Shown: positions 23,825-36,925, counted from the first letter of the whole stretch. The stretch is DNA of 63,910 nt, filler included, from Phoronis australis (GCA_002633005.1; 6 parts of 6 records of this genome joined end to end with filler, not necessarily neighbours in it); one strand, 5' to 3'. The notes: generated by a model from the sequence alone, not told the origin. A program made the numbers and translations.

Positions 23825-26800
23825 ATTGAAGTCCCATTAATGTCATGGAAATGACTTTGAATCTGTTAATACGAATTGTCATTCTGTAGGCCTACTTACG
23901 GATTGACAATCTGTTGATACAGATTGCCACTGTGTTATTACGGATTGCCAATCTGTAATTACGGATTGCCAATCTGTAAATTCTGATTGCCAATCTGAAA
24001 TTACGAATTCCCAATCGCCTTGTCAATCTCTTATTACGGATTACCAATCTGAAATTACGAATTCCCAATCGCCTTGTCAATCTCTTATTACGGATTACCA
24101 ATCTGAAATTACGAATTCCCAATCGCCTTGTCAATCTGTAATTACGGATTTCCAATCTGTTAAATATACTCCTCGTTAATCTGTAAATGAGCCATTCTCA
24201 ATGAATTGCGACAATTCGACACTTGAGACACTCGATTTTCAAGTATCTTCATCTGGAGCTAACGTATTATTTTTTCTTAGTTTAACGTATGAATGATAAG
24301 TTTTGAACAATTTCCTCAGCTCAGCAAGTGCAGTTACAGAGTTATTTTGTTGTTTTATTAGAGCAACTGGATAATTTATTTGAAAACATAAAAACGCGTT
24401 CGTTGGGTTAATTTCCGGTCTAGATTGTTATCATTGACAACGAACAATCTCATTGTGCAATTTTATTAATCAGCATGCTTGTTAAAATCGAGAAAAACAG
24501 CTCTTAGTATTTTCTACTTTCTTGTGTATTTTTCGTGGACATATAAAAATTTAACTTTTGAACTAAAATTTTACTTTTTTAAAACACGTCGTTTGTTTAT
24601 AACTGTGTTTATAAAAACAGGTGCAGTGGTGTTTGCACTTGTCTTAATTTTCATTAGTGACTATCGATCATTCAAAAACTGGTATCCAATATCCGGTAAT
24701 GTGATGACTAAAAAATCCTTAAGTGAATTTAAAGACATCTTGTAAATGACACAACATGTCCCGTAAGTGAGGGGCAAGTGATATTGTGTCGGTGGAAATT
24801 ATTTCTGACCACCTACACTTCAGGAAAAACTGGTATGAAATAATGACGGATAGTATACGTATTGAAGGCTATTTGTTGTCACTTGTATGAGTTGATGTAA
24901 CTGATTAGGTAATAAAAATGACAACAGATTACAATTCAACNTTCTTTAGCGAATATTTTCAGACAGTATCGATGTCAGCTGAAGCGCACGTGCTCGTTCT
25001 TGAAAAATTGACCTATATTCATGTCACACATGCCAATAGTAGGTGCAATTAATTGGACTTGACCTACTTATAAAATTGTCGTCCCGTAAATGAAGGCTCG
25101 TAAATGATAAGCAACCGATTTCAAATGCCAAATTTTTTCATAAATGTTCGCCAAAAACTTTCAAAACTGTGCAATGATTTCACACATCACCATAGCTTTG
25201 TAGAGTTATTTTAGTTTCCACATCTTCATTTTAATGAACGCACTATTGTTGAATTTATGCACGTCTCGTAAATGATTCCAAAAAAATTCCACTGCGTTTC
25301 TTGAAAAGCAGTGCCACACAGCCAGTTTCAGATAAGGCAAAGGTTTAAAAAAATAATGCCATCGCCGTTTTTTGTGTATTACAAATTATTGATCGCGAAT
25401 TCACTAAAATATCTCTTAGAACTTTTTTTTTCATGAAACACGCCAATGAGGTCTCGTAAATGATTTGAGATTTGGCCTCACTCAGTAAACATGGTGGTAA
25501 TTAAAATTTATTTTTTGTTAATAAAAAACGTTGACTTTCTCTTTAAACATGTCTCGCTGAGTTTCCAAAACGCAATTATTCGTTTCGATTGGACAAGTTA
25601 TTATAACAAAAGAGAGCCTGTTTCTACTTTGTTGTTTTTTCAGCTTCACGCAATTTTATGGAACCCTAGGCTATATGATGCATTGTGACACCTACCATGT
25701 AAACTGTAGCCGGTCATAAGACACAGCACCCACGTTAGACATATTATTCTTTATTTTAAAGGTCTTTTGACATTGTTTCATGACTTCGGACATCCTCTGT
25801 GGTGAGCTGAACATTGGCTTCAGTATTTGTCGCGATTCATTGAGAATTTGTGAAATACGCCTTGCCAATTCGTAATTACGAATTGACAATATGTTAATAC
25901 GCCTTGTCAATCTGTTAATACGCCTTGCCAATACGGTAATTACGGATTGCCAATCTGTTACTACGGATTGCCAATCTGTTGTCACGGCGTCAATCTGTTA
26001 TGTTTACGTATTGCCAATCTGTTATTACGGATTCTGACAACCCGTGCAGTGCCAAGTAGTCTATGTAAAGCCGAAATCGTTAACTTCAAACTAGAAGAAC
26101 TCTAGTTCACGGAGGCGAATATTCTTGTTTAAAGCAATGTGTGAACGCCATTCCGTTTACGAATTTATGTGTAATTAGGAACGCTGAAACGCCGTAGTAT
26201 AAAGAAGCAAAACACGAATGGTTTCATCCACAACATTTACCACAACAAAGATGGCGCTGCATGTTGCTTTAATGGAACAAGCGCATGTACAGACAAATCA
26301 CTACGTGTTAAAATTTCATAGAAGGGAATACACGCAATTGATTGAATCTAGAGTTAGATGTGTATCAGTTGAAGACAAAGAGAGAGAACTGCAACAAGAG
26401 CGAGAGAAAACAAAATAAAGTAAGCGCTTAGAATGTTTAACGATTTCAATATCGAAGTTAAAACTTCTAACATGCACAGAAAGAGTTATAAAAGTGTTAT
26501 GAAGTCTATCAAATCTCTGTCTTCAATCAACTAAGTTCTTATAGGTCGATGACATTTCCAACACGTGCTCCGCGTATGAGCCACTGCATCGTAGCCATCC
26601 GTAATATTAATAGATTGGCAACTGGCAATCCGTAATAACAGATTAACAATCTGTGATTACTGTTTGGCAGTCCGTAATTAGAGGTTGGCAATTTGTAATT
26701 ACACATTGGCAATTCGTGATAACAGATTGACAATTTGTAACAACAGATTAAAAATCCGTAATTTCAGTTGGCAATCTGATTAACACAGATTCAAATTTTA

Positions 26801-26829
26801 TTTTTTCATGGCACTAATGGGCCTTCGTA
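23825..26829. mobile_element. ~3-kb TIR element with 21-bp subterminal tandem repeats
   Basis: Imperfect TIRs GAAGTCCCATTAATGTCATG / CATGGCACTAATGGGCCTTC, each flanked by TTGAATCTGT; ACGGATTGCCAATCTGTAATT arrays at 23898-24163 (+), ~25855-26035 (+) and ~26595-26780 (-). Confidence 0.7.
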
Positions 26830-28843
26830 GATTTGTAGTTAAATTCAACAAAGGTTATGTTTTATGTTTCATCGTTTTACTCGTCTTTGCAGTTGAGGAG
26901 AGAGGGGACCATCCAATGAAAAATCGCCCAGGGCGATGACCAAACCTGTACGCTACTGATAAATTTTGGCTAGTATTCGCTCAGTGAATACCTGAGGACC
27001 CTATACAGCATAACAGCATTACAGTAATGAACAGGCTTTAAGTACTAGTCCACGAGAGCACCAACCATGAGCGGCAAGGTGGGGATCAGCCGATTTTCAC
27101 CAAATTTGGCACATATGTAGTCCTATGGGATCTATAAACAGCAGTAAAATATTTCCTCAAAATATTGTGTTTTTCTAAAGTTATAGGTTCAAACATATTT
27201 TACGGTTTCGCAGCCATGTTTTCACGGTATAAAAACTGTCCAGTTTTAACTGTTCATATTTTTTCTTGAATGAAAGCTATTGATTTATTATTCACTTGGC
27301 ATTGTTTAGTGGTGCCTATAGATTGTTACGCAGATGTCTTGAAACACGATTCCGATTTACCGCCCTCATTTAGTAGTTTTACTACACTGCCCCCCGTTAT
27401 GCCTTTTTGAGGTTGTGTTTAGTACACTGCTGTACCAAATCTGCCCCCACTGCTATGAGAGTGAAACTTAGCCAAAATGCTGAAAAAACATGTTACTTTC
27501 ATTGCATAAAATAAAAACTTTGTCAGCCAGTTTATTAGTTATACATTTTGGCACCTCAAATGTACTAAAATGAGAAATTGTCATATATCTGAGATCGATG
27601 CGTGAGCACCGTAAAATCCGATTGTCCTTCATATTTTTCGATATTTTGCAACAAGTTAGTTCCTCCTGAATGTTTTGAACGTTTTACTACTTATCACTTT
27701 GGGCTATAGTACCCCTAAATNNNNNNNNNNNNNNNNNNNNNNNNNNNNNNNNNNNNNNNNNNNNTTAATTAATTAANNNNNNNNNNNNNNNNNNNNNNNN
27801 NNNNNNNNNNNNNNNNNNNNGGCTGCAAGCCATTTCACCATGTATTTAAAGGGCTCGCGAAATCGAGGCTGTTAATCTATCACCACTAGTACACTCACGC
27901 CCTCTAGTTATTGCAGATTTACCGAATAGCCCCATTGTGCCGGGGCCTAAGAGACACAACTTTTCCTGTGATAGTCGGTAATCATTGATATGAGTTTGTG
28001 TGTTGTGTGTGTTTGTCTGGAATGATATATGATTAAATTTTATCACAATCGCATGTTTTTCTGTTGTGTCCTGAGAATTTTTTCACCACTAGACAAACTT
28101 TACAACTACAGCGGCCACTAAAAAGTAAAAATTTGACTTAGCTTGCGTTGAAGTCCGTTAAAAGTCTTTATTTAAAATGAAGTGGAAATAGTATCTTTAA
28201 TGTTTTGCTGTTCTTTCCTCTCTCGACTCTCTCCAGCTCTAGTGAAGCACCCGTGGAATTTCTAGTCCCGAGTGTAGTATATATATATATAGTGAATTGG
28301 GGGCAATCAGAAGCTGAGGACGCCTGTGATAGCCCCGCATATCACAATCGTGAGTTCAATATCCCAAAAACGAGAAAATGTCAGAAGAGTTACTTCAATT
28401 GAAAGTTTCTTAGCTCCACGGACATGGGACATGGGTTTGACTTCTGATCGTACTCAGGGCCAGGGTATCATATTTACCAACGCGTGGGATTCTTGTACTA
28501 ACTTGTGCCATATTCGCGCTTTCTCCGATGGCCAGCGGGAAAGTGAAAGGAGCCACAGCGTGGTCAAATATTAAGTTCTCACAACCACCACAAACGCAAC
28601 GCCTCGCCTTTCTTTAATATATCATAAACAACGGGAAAACTAGCAGCAATATCTGACGATTATTCACACTAAAAACAATGGAGGGTGAATAGTGTTTCTA
28701 TAAATAAATACTCGTTTCTGGAGAGCAGCTGATTAACGTATCGTCAGATATTGACAGCAGGTCGACTGGTGGGGTTGTTTTTGTTGTTATTTCTATAGAA
28801 TTGGTGATTTTAAGCACTAGTTAAAACCGTGGTTGCAAATAAC

Positions 28844-29579
28844 TACCTCACATGCGCGTATCTGGACCCTTGCACCTGTGTTAGAAGCCGTACATATACC
28901 TATTCGCGACCATTTGAGTAAAATCATGGTTGAAAGTGATGCTTGGAATATAGGCACACAGTATTTATTTTTAATATTCTCACTTTTTTCACTTACGGTG
29001 AAGAATCTTGCGAACGATACAAGCTCGAATAACATTCCTAAACGTACTTTATGTACTTGTATTTAGTTGGCAACTTAATTCCATTGAAAACTATTGAGAT
29101 TTTCACCGGTTTTACTAGGAATGTTAATTAAATGCTTTCAAGTCAGTCAAACATTATTTTAATTTCATCCGAAACAATTAACTCTATTCAGGTCTGATTA
29201 GATTCATTAAGTAACATTTTTTATCCTTTGCGAAGATGAAAATATTAAAATCAATTGGACTTTTATCTAATATTCCTATTAGCTTCATAAAAGCTAGCCT
29301 GACAGGACGTGATCTTACAACGTTTGAGTTACAATCTGAGAAATTCTCGGTCAAACCAGGTCGCGTAAAATGTTTCCCACGGACAATAGTATGCGCTTAT
29401 GTCGAGAACAATGGGCGATCCTGTGTCCGTAGCAAGGTGTGTAAAAATTACACCCACCTGATCCTTTAAATGAAACTTAGGCTCATGCGCCTATACGCAC
29501 TTGGGTAGACAATTTTCTTTGATTATAACGCATCATTTCGGTTATAGGCGCGTGGTCCTAAATACGTGCACATACGGTA
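28844..29579. mobile_element. Possible Tc1/mariner-pogo-type non-autonomous element
   Basis: Right end ...AAATACGTGCACATACGGTA (TACCGTA terminus on minus) with a degenerate left counterpart TACCTCACATGCGCGTATCTGGACC. Confidence 0.3.
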
Positions 29580-30244
29580 TAATAAAACAGAATAGGTTTA
29601 ATCACAAACAAACTTTTGAAGAAGCTTAAGAAGTATGCCAACTCAAATTATAACATTAATGCGAAAGCCCGTGTGTAGAAAATGAACAGCTATACGGTGA
29701 CAGATATTTTCGTGTCATGTTATGTTCCCATAGTATCCCATTTTGCCTGATGTTGTCAGACACTGACTCTTAAGACTGGCCCTTGTTGCTTTAATTGCAA
29801 TTATTTGAGGGCTTGTTTTTTCATAGTGTCTAGGGCTAACTAAATACTGGCCCTGGGTGGACTTTGTTAAAAGGTAGCTGGCCTTGCAAATTACCTGATT
29901 GATGCTAAAATCATAGGAAGAAAATAAAGGAAGTTTGTGATAAAACTGGAAATATTATGAATGGCAATATAGCAAACTTTATGGCAATCTAGTCGACGTC
30001 CTTCGAGAAACATACGTTCTTACTCTCCCGCCCACTTAGACGGGGAAAGCACGTGAATTGGTTTGTTTACGCTATTTAATTGCATTTGCAATACGGCAGA
30101 GTGAAATCGTGAACTCTCGTATATACCGAGTCATGCGACGGAGTCTAATTTTCTAGCACTAATTCGCAAGGACAAACTTGCAAAATTAGCTTGCGACTGC
30201 CTGTCCTGTGTAAACGCAGAGGAACAACGAGGCGATCACCTTGG

Positions 30245-30876
30245 CTCGCTGGTTAACTGCGTGTCCGCTAGGAGGAACGGGACATGCAAGTACTATTTGA
30301 GCAGCACGCGTCAGCCTCGTCCCCAAGCCTCAAGATCAGTGCCATCTTGAGGCTTGGCGGGGACGAGGCTGCAGCACGCGTTTTATCACTGGTTGATATA
30401 CTCGGCAGTAATTTGTTAGCTTTAATACAAAGAAAAAAAATGTTAGCTTTGTCAACATCTTTGGGGACCAAGTTTTCTCCCTACAGTGTCAATGACGTCT
30501 GAAGGACCGAGTACAGTTATCTGCGACTTGGCAGTTTATGAGCTTGACACTCGGTAGCCGAAAAGGACACTCTAGCTGTAATGCCAGCAGGCTACACAAA
30601 ATGCACACCGAAAAGGCACAACCACAACCTTCCGATTCACATGTCTTGAACATATCTCAACTAAGCATCAACTTGTCTGTACAAACCGCATAACTATATC
30701 ATTGTACAGTTTACACTTCCTCCATCAGTCATGCCGGTTTGTTTATGTATAAAGCGCTACCTGTTGACAATGCGACCAACCAATCAGAAACGCAGGTGTA
30801 AAATTTTTCCCAAGGAAAATTAAATGATACGCTGTGTGTCCCCTTCCCCTTAGCGGACTCCCAGGGAACCAGCGAG
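30245..30876 (-). mobile_element. Relative of the 9834-10423 TIR family
   Basis: Ends CTCGCTGGTTAACTGCGTG ... CAGGGAACCAGCGAG; ~30720-30876 is the reverse complement of the family's left arm (TATCATTTAATTTTCC, TTTCTGATTGG, TCAACAGGTAGCGCTTT). Confidence 0.7.
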
Positions 30877-31931
30877 TGTCCCTGATTGTTAGCACTCGCT
30901 GCCAAGCAGTTGGGATTAGGACTCTTGAAATATTTAGACGGACGTGATATCCGTTTGAAGAAAGGAAAAGGGTCATAATCATGTCAGCTCAAGTGTTTGC
31001 TTGGCATCCAGCTTTTATTGTAATGCTAATGGAGGTTTGATGCAAGACAAAGTTAGTGTAACCCATCTAGACAAAAGAATTGCGTCAATATTAGCACAGA
31101 AACACTGGAATTCCATGTTCTGGGTGTGGGACCAAGGAGTGTAGTACCTCAAGGCTTGGATACTACTGTAAATGCACTGACTGCCCGAAGTGACGCAAGT
31201 TGTGATGTAGGTGACTTGTAACTAAGTTTACAGTTCTGAGGAGACTTTGGTCAGTCTATCTTCATTTACTGGCAATACTTTTTGCCGTTTCAGGCAGAAA
31301 AGGTACCAAAAGCACAGCCATTGACAATGTTTAACGATAAAATGCCACTTGTATCTTCGAAAACTGTTGACCAGACTTCGTTTGCGTGATTTTCGGTTGA
31401 AGTACTTCAATTCCCAGTTATGAACAGCAAAACATTTTTGAACACTGTTTACTTTTTACAACATTTGTTTTTGTTTTCAACCAAATTCCAGGTCTCCTGC
31501 CAAATCCAACAAAAGGCAGTACAAGTTAATTGCATGTACTGCTCGCGAGCACTGTCGGGTCTCGGGCTCCGAGATACAGTTTTGTTTTGCGATAAGTCTA
31601 TATGACCCACAGTTAGGTTTAAGGGCCATATCTAAATAATAAATAAAAACAATCGCACATTTCCTTTTGTTTTGAGATAAGCCCAGACGGCACATTCAAT
31701 TCATTGGGGTTAACAAGAGCATAACTTCGTTTCTTTTATTATTTTATTAGGTCTCTCTATACCGGTACATACACATTTTTACCCGGGCAAGAAATTTTGC
31801 TCACATCGGCCGGCGGTCAGTTTCGCATTAATTGTTAATCTAATTTGATAAAACCTAGTTTTACAACTGATGTACCATGATTAAATAATGTCCAAAAAGG
31901 TAACAGAAAGTGAAGCACTATAGTTACCAAC

Positions 31932-32167
31932 CTGGACATTTGGACCGGGCAGCTGTCTGTTCACAGACATTATGGCCCTTCTGTTGCCGTCGGCGGGAAT
32001 ACAGTGAGGTCGTGAACAGTCAGTTACGTTGAACGGACAGTCAAAACAAGCCTTGGACATGGTGGAGTACCACTCGATGTAGAACGTATACCTGCACTCC
32101 ATTGGAGACCCACCATCTTTGCACTCTCTCGTACACGCGTGGCGAGTTTTTGAGACTACACTAAATC
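31932..32167 (-). CDS. Laccase / multicopper oxidase, exon 2 (Cys-rich N-terminus and start of cupredoxin domain 1)
   Basis: gtatcacgcag|GATTT...CAG|gttggt; HACTRECKDGGSPMECRYTFYIEWYSTMSKACFDCPFNVTDCSRPHCIPADGNRRAIMSVNRQLPGPNVQ matches the invertebrate laccase N-terminal signature. Confidence 0.93.
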
Positions 32168-33093
32168 CTGCGTGATACATAAAACAAATTGGGAAATCGA
32201 CAATGAAAACATTCACAATCTCCTCATTGATGGGCACCTGTGCCAGAGAATCGGAGAATACGCAGTCACTTAGTTTCCCGATACTAACTCGCTCGAAAAG
32301 TGAGATGATTTAGTGACCTCAGCTCTATCCGGAGCCCGGAGTACCCCCGCCGTGATCTCCATTAAAAAGCGCTCGAGAGGTTGTTAGCCCTGGTTTGCCC
32401 TGCGTTACACCTTTGTTAATTGGTTAAAATGCCGATCGTAAACATACCACGTCATTTATTATCAAAACATTAACACCACACAAATAGTATATGGCGAGTT
32501 CATTTGCCCAGGACAATTTTTGTTACGGCTTTTCTAACGTTCAAACAATTCTAAAACTGATTTTCTGATTTTCTGGGAATTTGACGAGAACGTAGTCTTT
32601 TAATCCACGAAAATACTGTTATCGAACTGACATTATTCCATAGTGTATTTATGACTTCGGCTTAATGACAACACGGAGTTTGGACGAATCGTAGATATTC
32701 AACCACTTCTTCGCATTTTGGAAACAGATGAGAACTCGTTTCAATCTTCGTGACAGAAAATATTTCAAGCGTTGCAGTAGGTTTTTCATTAAGTCGCAGA
32801 CGTAATTCAACATAAAGATGTTGATATATGAATACACCAAAGACCAAAACTCGGCGTTTTTAATCGAATAAGACATAACATAATGCGTCTATTATCAAAT
32901 AGTGCCTATAACGTGATAAGATATATCTATCGGTCAACGACATTTCGCAGGAAAAACTAACAGATAAGCTTGTCTTGCTGATAATCCAACAGGTTTCAAA
33001 AAAAAAATGAACGTGCAATAGTTGCCACAAAACATGACGAAGTTTTTAAACTTCCATCTCGCACAAAAGACAAATATAGCTCAATGTACTTGC

Positions 33094-33151
33094 CTGATGA
33101 CCCTGGGTGTAAATGGATCAACAACAACAACAACAGAATGAGTCGGGACAT
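33094..33151 (-). CDS. Laccase exon 1 (signal peptide)
   Basis: ATG at 33151; MSRLILLLLLLIHLHPGSS-G then CAG|GCAAGT (GC donor); phase 1 joins exon 2 in frame (G+GA = Gly). Confidence 0.72.
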
Positions 33152-34705
33152 CTTGACTGGTTGTGGAGCTATTTCGGTTGTGAGACGACTTTGAATCTGT
33201 AAACTCATCAGGTCGCGGTGACCATTTACCCGATAAGTATAGATGGCCGAAACGTCCACAACTTAAAATAGTCACTTGGCTCTGCTGATTGGTTGTTCAA
33301 CAGAACTCATGCGCTTAGGCGTATGTGCGTAATCTTGCTTCTTTTTAGGTAAAAATATCACACGTAGCTACGCATATAATCTTGCTTATGATTGTAAGTC
33401 CAAGCAAAAGTACGCCCGTAGTTACACGTATATGATACGATGAAAGGTGCAGCCTATTTGCAGCCAATACCACAAAGGTAAATAATGGAAACCACCCTGT
33501 TTCAAGACTGCTTTTTGTTCATCAGTTTCGCCACACCCACCAATCAGGGAAGGAAAACAGTACAATAGAATGCCACGTTTTCTGTTAACCTTGATGAATA
33601 TTTCCGTTACCAACAAGAACATCGAGATCAAAATAACGTTTGGAATTGATGACCCCTGTAGCTTTAGTAACCCGCTCAGTCTAGATCGGATGGGAGCAGA
33701 AATACTTTTCCCGTTCACATACTAGAACAAGTTAGTCCTAGAATGAGTTATCGCTAGGTTTAAGGGCTGTTTGGTGCAACTTGCCCCACGTGTCACTACT
33801 TATCGAGGTAGGTTAATTTGTTTTGAAGTAACTTGCGCCACGACTTCTAGCTGTGTGACCGCAGCAAAACCTGGGGGAGGTGGAAGTAATTATTTGACTG
33901 GTCTTCTTTTGTTCGCCTCATTCGCATCAGCTCTTCATTGTCATGCATGGGGCGACAACTTCCGCCTTGCCCTAGTTATCGGATATGTGGGTTTGGACAC
34001 TCCACTTAAGAGGGGTAAGTTGCACTAGTGCAAGTTATTCTACAATAGGCTGTGTGTGTGCGGGGATTTACACCAGGAAATCATTCAGAAACACAGTGGC
34101 GAAGTAACCTTTTAAGCGCTCTTTCTCAACTTCTTGACATGACCATTAACCAACATATTGAACTCTAGTTGATATCAATACATTTTATTTTCATTTTTTT
34201 TTACCTCGATTTGGTGATGGTTTTATCCAGAAGCACATTAGCCAATGTGGGAGGCAGTTGTCTCCTACATGTAGTTAGGGCAAAAGTTGAGATACTTTAG
34301 GACGAAACAGCTGAGCATTCAATAGAAAAATTCATGAAAAACATATTAGAAAGGGAGTGAAATTGATGACGATCGGGAGATGTGGTGGCGACAGCACGTT
34401 TTACCCCATGGCATGCGCGCAGGTTCTCACTGATTTCGGTATGGTAATGCGCAGGAACTGGTTCGCGTTAATCACTTTATCAAACATGATCGTACGTACA
34501 CAACCCTACTCAAAGAAAACGTAAAATCTATGCTCCAGCTAGTAATGCAAAGCCTTGACTTGAGATGAACTTCCGCGACACTTCCAGCGACTCGTTGATC
34601 CAAGAACCTATTGTCTTCATAGTTTGCTCTCTATTGACTGATGCTGTAACTGCTTGTTCTGTAACTGCTGGCTCTGTAACTGCAACTCCTTCCTGAAATC
34701 TATTG

Positions 34706-35085
34706 ATCTATATACACCAACATCTAGCCTATTTACATTGGTACGACGTTTCGATCAGTCACTTCTCCAACCATCTTCAGGAGAACGAGCGCGGGTGTGT
34801 GGTACACTCATGGTCGTCAATGACGAGCATTTTTTCTTTCTATTCTCTTAGCACAAGCTGGGATGAACTATTATCAGTCCAGTACTACAGCCAATACACC
34901 ACTGAGTCATCCTTACGCCGAGAAAAAGAAAGAAAGAGAAAGGTGCTCACAATTGACCACCATGAGTGTACCATGCATTCGTGCTTGTTCTTTTAAGAAC
35001 ACTGTAACACCTGAAAATGGCCTGAGAAGTGACCAACCGAAACATCGTGGCAATGTATATAGGCTAGAGGTTGGGCCAAATAGAT
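34706..35085. mobile_element. Inverted duplication carrying two Penelope-type hammerhead motifs
   Basis: Arms are reverse complements. Minus 34741-34781: CTGAAGA-TGGTTG..TGATC-GAAACGTCGTA. Plus 35011-35050: CTGAAAA-TGGCCT..CAACC-GAAACATCG. Direct repeat TGTAACTGCAAC at 34675 and 35142. Confidence 0.6.
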
Positions 35086-35439
35086 TTTAGACATGACGCT
35101 ACCACATCACCACCTCATAGCGGTTTTAGGAAAACGTCGAGTGTAACTGCAACCTTATATCTCTGTAGCTTGAACTCTTTAAATTTAACTCAACTTTATC
35201 TCACTAACTAGTGCCTGGGTAAGTACAGACTCTTACAATATTCTGGAATTTTCCACAAATTCAAGCATTTAGAACTTTCTGGAATCTACCCAATCATTTT
35301 ACAAACATATACTAGAATATTTCACTGAAATATTCTGGTTCTATATCAACCACTAATATACTGGAATGTATCTTAATGGAACCTTGGTAATTGATTGCTG
35401 CTGACTTTTGGTGTTGCTTCTCCCGATCCTGGTTCACCC

Positions 35440-35670
35440 ACTCTCTGGCAAGGTGTCCAGCTTTGTGGCAGTAGAACCACTTTTCTCTGCGCGGTCAGTC
35501 CGTCTACTTCTGGTCGCCCCTCTGTGTGTCTGGCTTGACTGGTTGTTCTTGTGGCCTTTTCATTGACGACTGAATGCTCGTTATATCCACCCCGTGGGTC
35601 TCAGTATACTTCCTTGCCAAGGTAACCATCTCTGGAACAGACTTAGGTGTCCGCTCTAGCAGAAACTAAC
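35440..35670 (-). mobile_element. Gypsy-type gag remnant
   Basis: FLLERTPKSVPEMVTLARKYTETHG (gag/SCAN-like helix) followed by a decayed zinc knuckle KWFYCHKAGHLAREW. Confidence 0.6.
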
Positions 35671-36345
35671 TCGAAGCCACCCTATCTTAAAGACGCTATG
35701 TCTCATTAAAACTGTGAATATTTAAACTTTTAGCAAGTGACTTCCTGGAGAACTGCTCGTACAAGTATAATCAGGAAAAGAAACAATTTGTAAATAAATT
35801 GTGGTTTTACAGAAAATACCACAACTGATACACTTAAACAAGTGTGAACATATAAAAAACGTACCTTAGAAATTCCAAATATTAAGAAATAATTCTTTGA
35901 TAGTGAAATAAAAAAATTATAAAAACTGTGCCATGCTTCATTAGTGTAACGACAATGCTGGGGGAGGGGTGGTATCCCAGAGATTCTCGTGTCGTCCTAA
36001 GAAATGTGGGCAAGAAGTGTGTGCAAACATCTAGAACTTGGACTAACAGAGACGCAAACTGGCATCAAGTTGAATATTGTACAAGGTAACGGCAAAATGA
36101 AATTACATGCCGTCTTTCTTCTCTTGACTGCATCGGCTCTCCGTCTGCCATGATGAAATACTAGAATACTCATTTACAAAAAATGGTCTCGCAAAACGTA
36201 ATAGTAACTAGTTCTCTGATGGTTTCCGGCACACTGAGGGCCCGGGGTTGTTTGTAAATTAGTATTTCATTTGCATATTCACAAATTAATGAGATTGCAT
36301 CTTTAAGGTCACCCGAAGTGAGCGTCTCATTCAGAATCCACATAA

Positions 36346-36925
36346 CTCGTGTCCGCTAGGTGGTAGAAAACGCGCAGGTATCATTTAATTTTCATCGGGG
36401 AATTTTTTCACCGGTGTTTTCTGATTGGCTGGTCGAAATCTCAACAGGTAGCGCTTTACATGTACGTAAACAAATTGGCATGGCTGATGGAGGAAACGTA
36501 AATGTGGATATAGTTTGTGCTCTGTTATACAGGCAAATCGGTGCTGATTCGTGTTCAAGAAATATGAATCAGAAAATCTTGGTTGTGCCTTTTCGGAGTG
36601 CATTTTTTCTACTGTCGCTGACTCTTGTTTACGTTACTGTCCTGTATTCACACAGTATGAATAACACTCTGGTTAAAACGGCCACGTGTGCCTGTGCATC
36701 TGTACATGTATGTGCTTCAAGCATGCGGTTGTGTTAAACCGCATTACTGCAGAAACGAAATTTTTTACTGTCACGCCACTGACAAGGCCAAAAACCATTC
36801 ATAGTCCGCCACTTTCTTCCTTTGTGTTCAAGTTAACCAATGACAGCCGAGGTTACATCAACTAGTGATAAAACGCGTGCTACTGAATGATACCTGTGAT
36901 TTCGGACACCCAGGGAACCTGCGAG
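36346..36925 (+). mobile_element. Diverged full-length copy of the 9834-10423 TIR family
   Basis: Colinear similarity throughout (GCAGGTATCA, CTGATTGGCT, AAATCGGTGCT, GCCTTTTCGGA, GCAGAAACGAAA, TGATACCTG); ends CAGGGAACCTGCGAG. Confidence 0.85.

Noticed and set aside
23892-24155. Arg/Ile-rich repeat peptide (IRNYRLA)n, also 25692-25985 and 26539-26733
   Set aside because: Translation of the 21-bp DNA repeat (7 codons); no splice or start context.
27821-31931. Laccase exon 3 (expected VCxGD...HWHG)
   Set aside because: Not found by eye in the 4 kb before the spacer; probably on another contig, so a pseudogene call is not justified.
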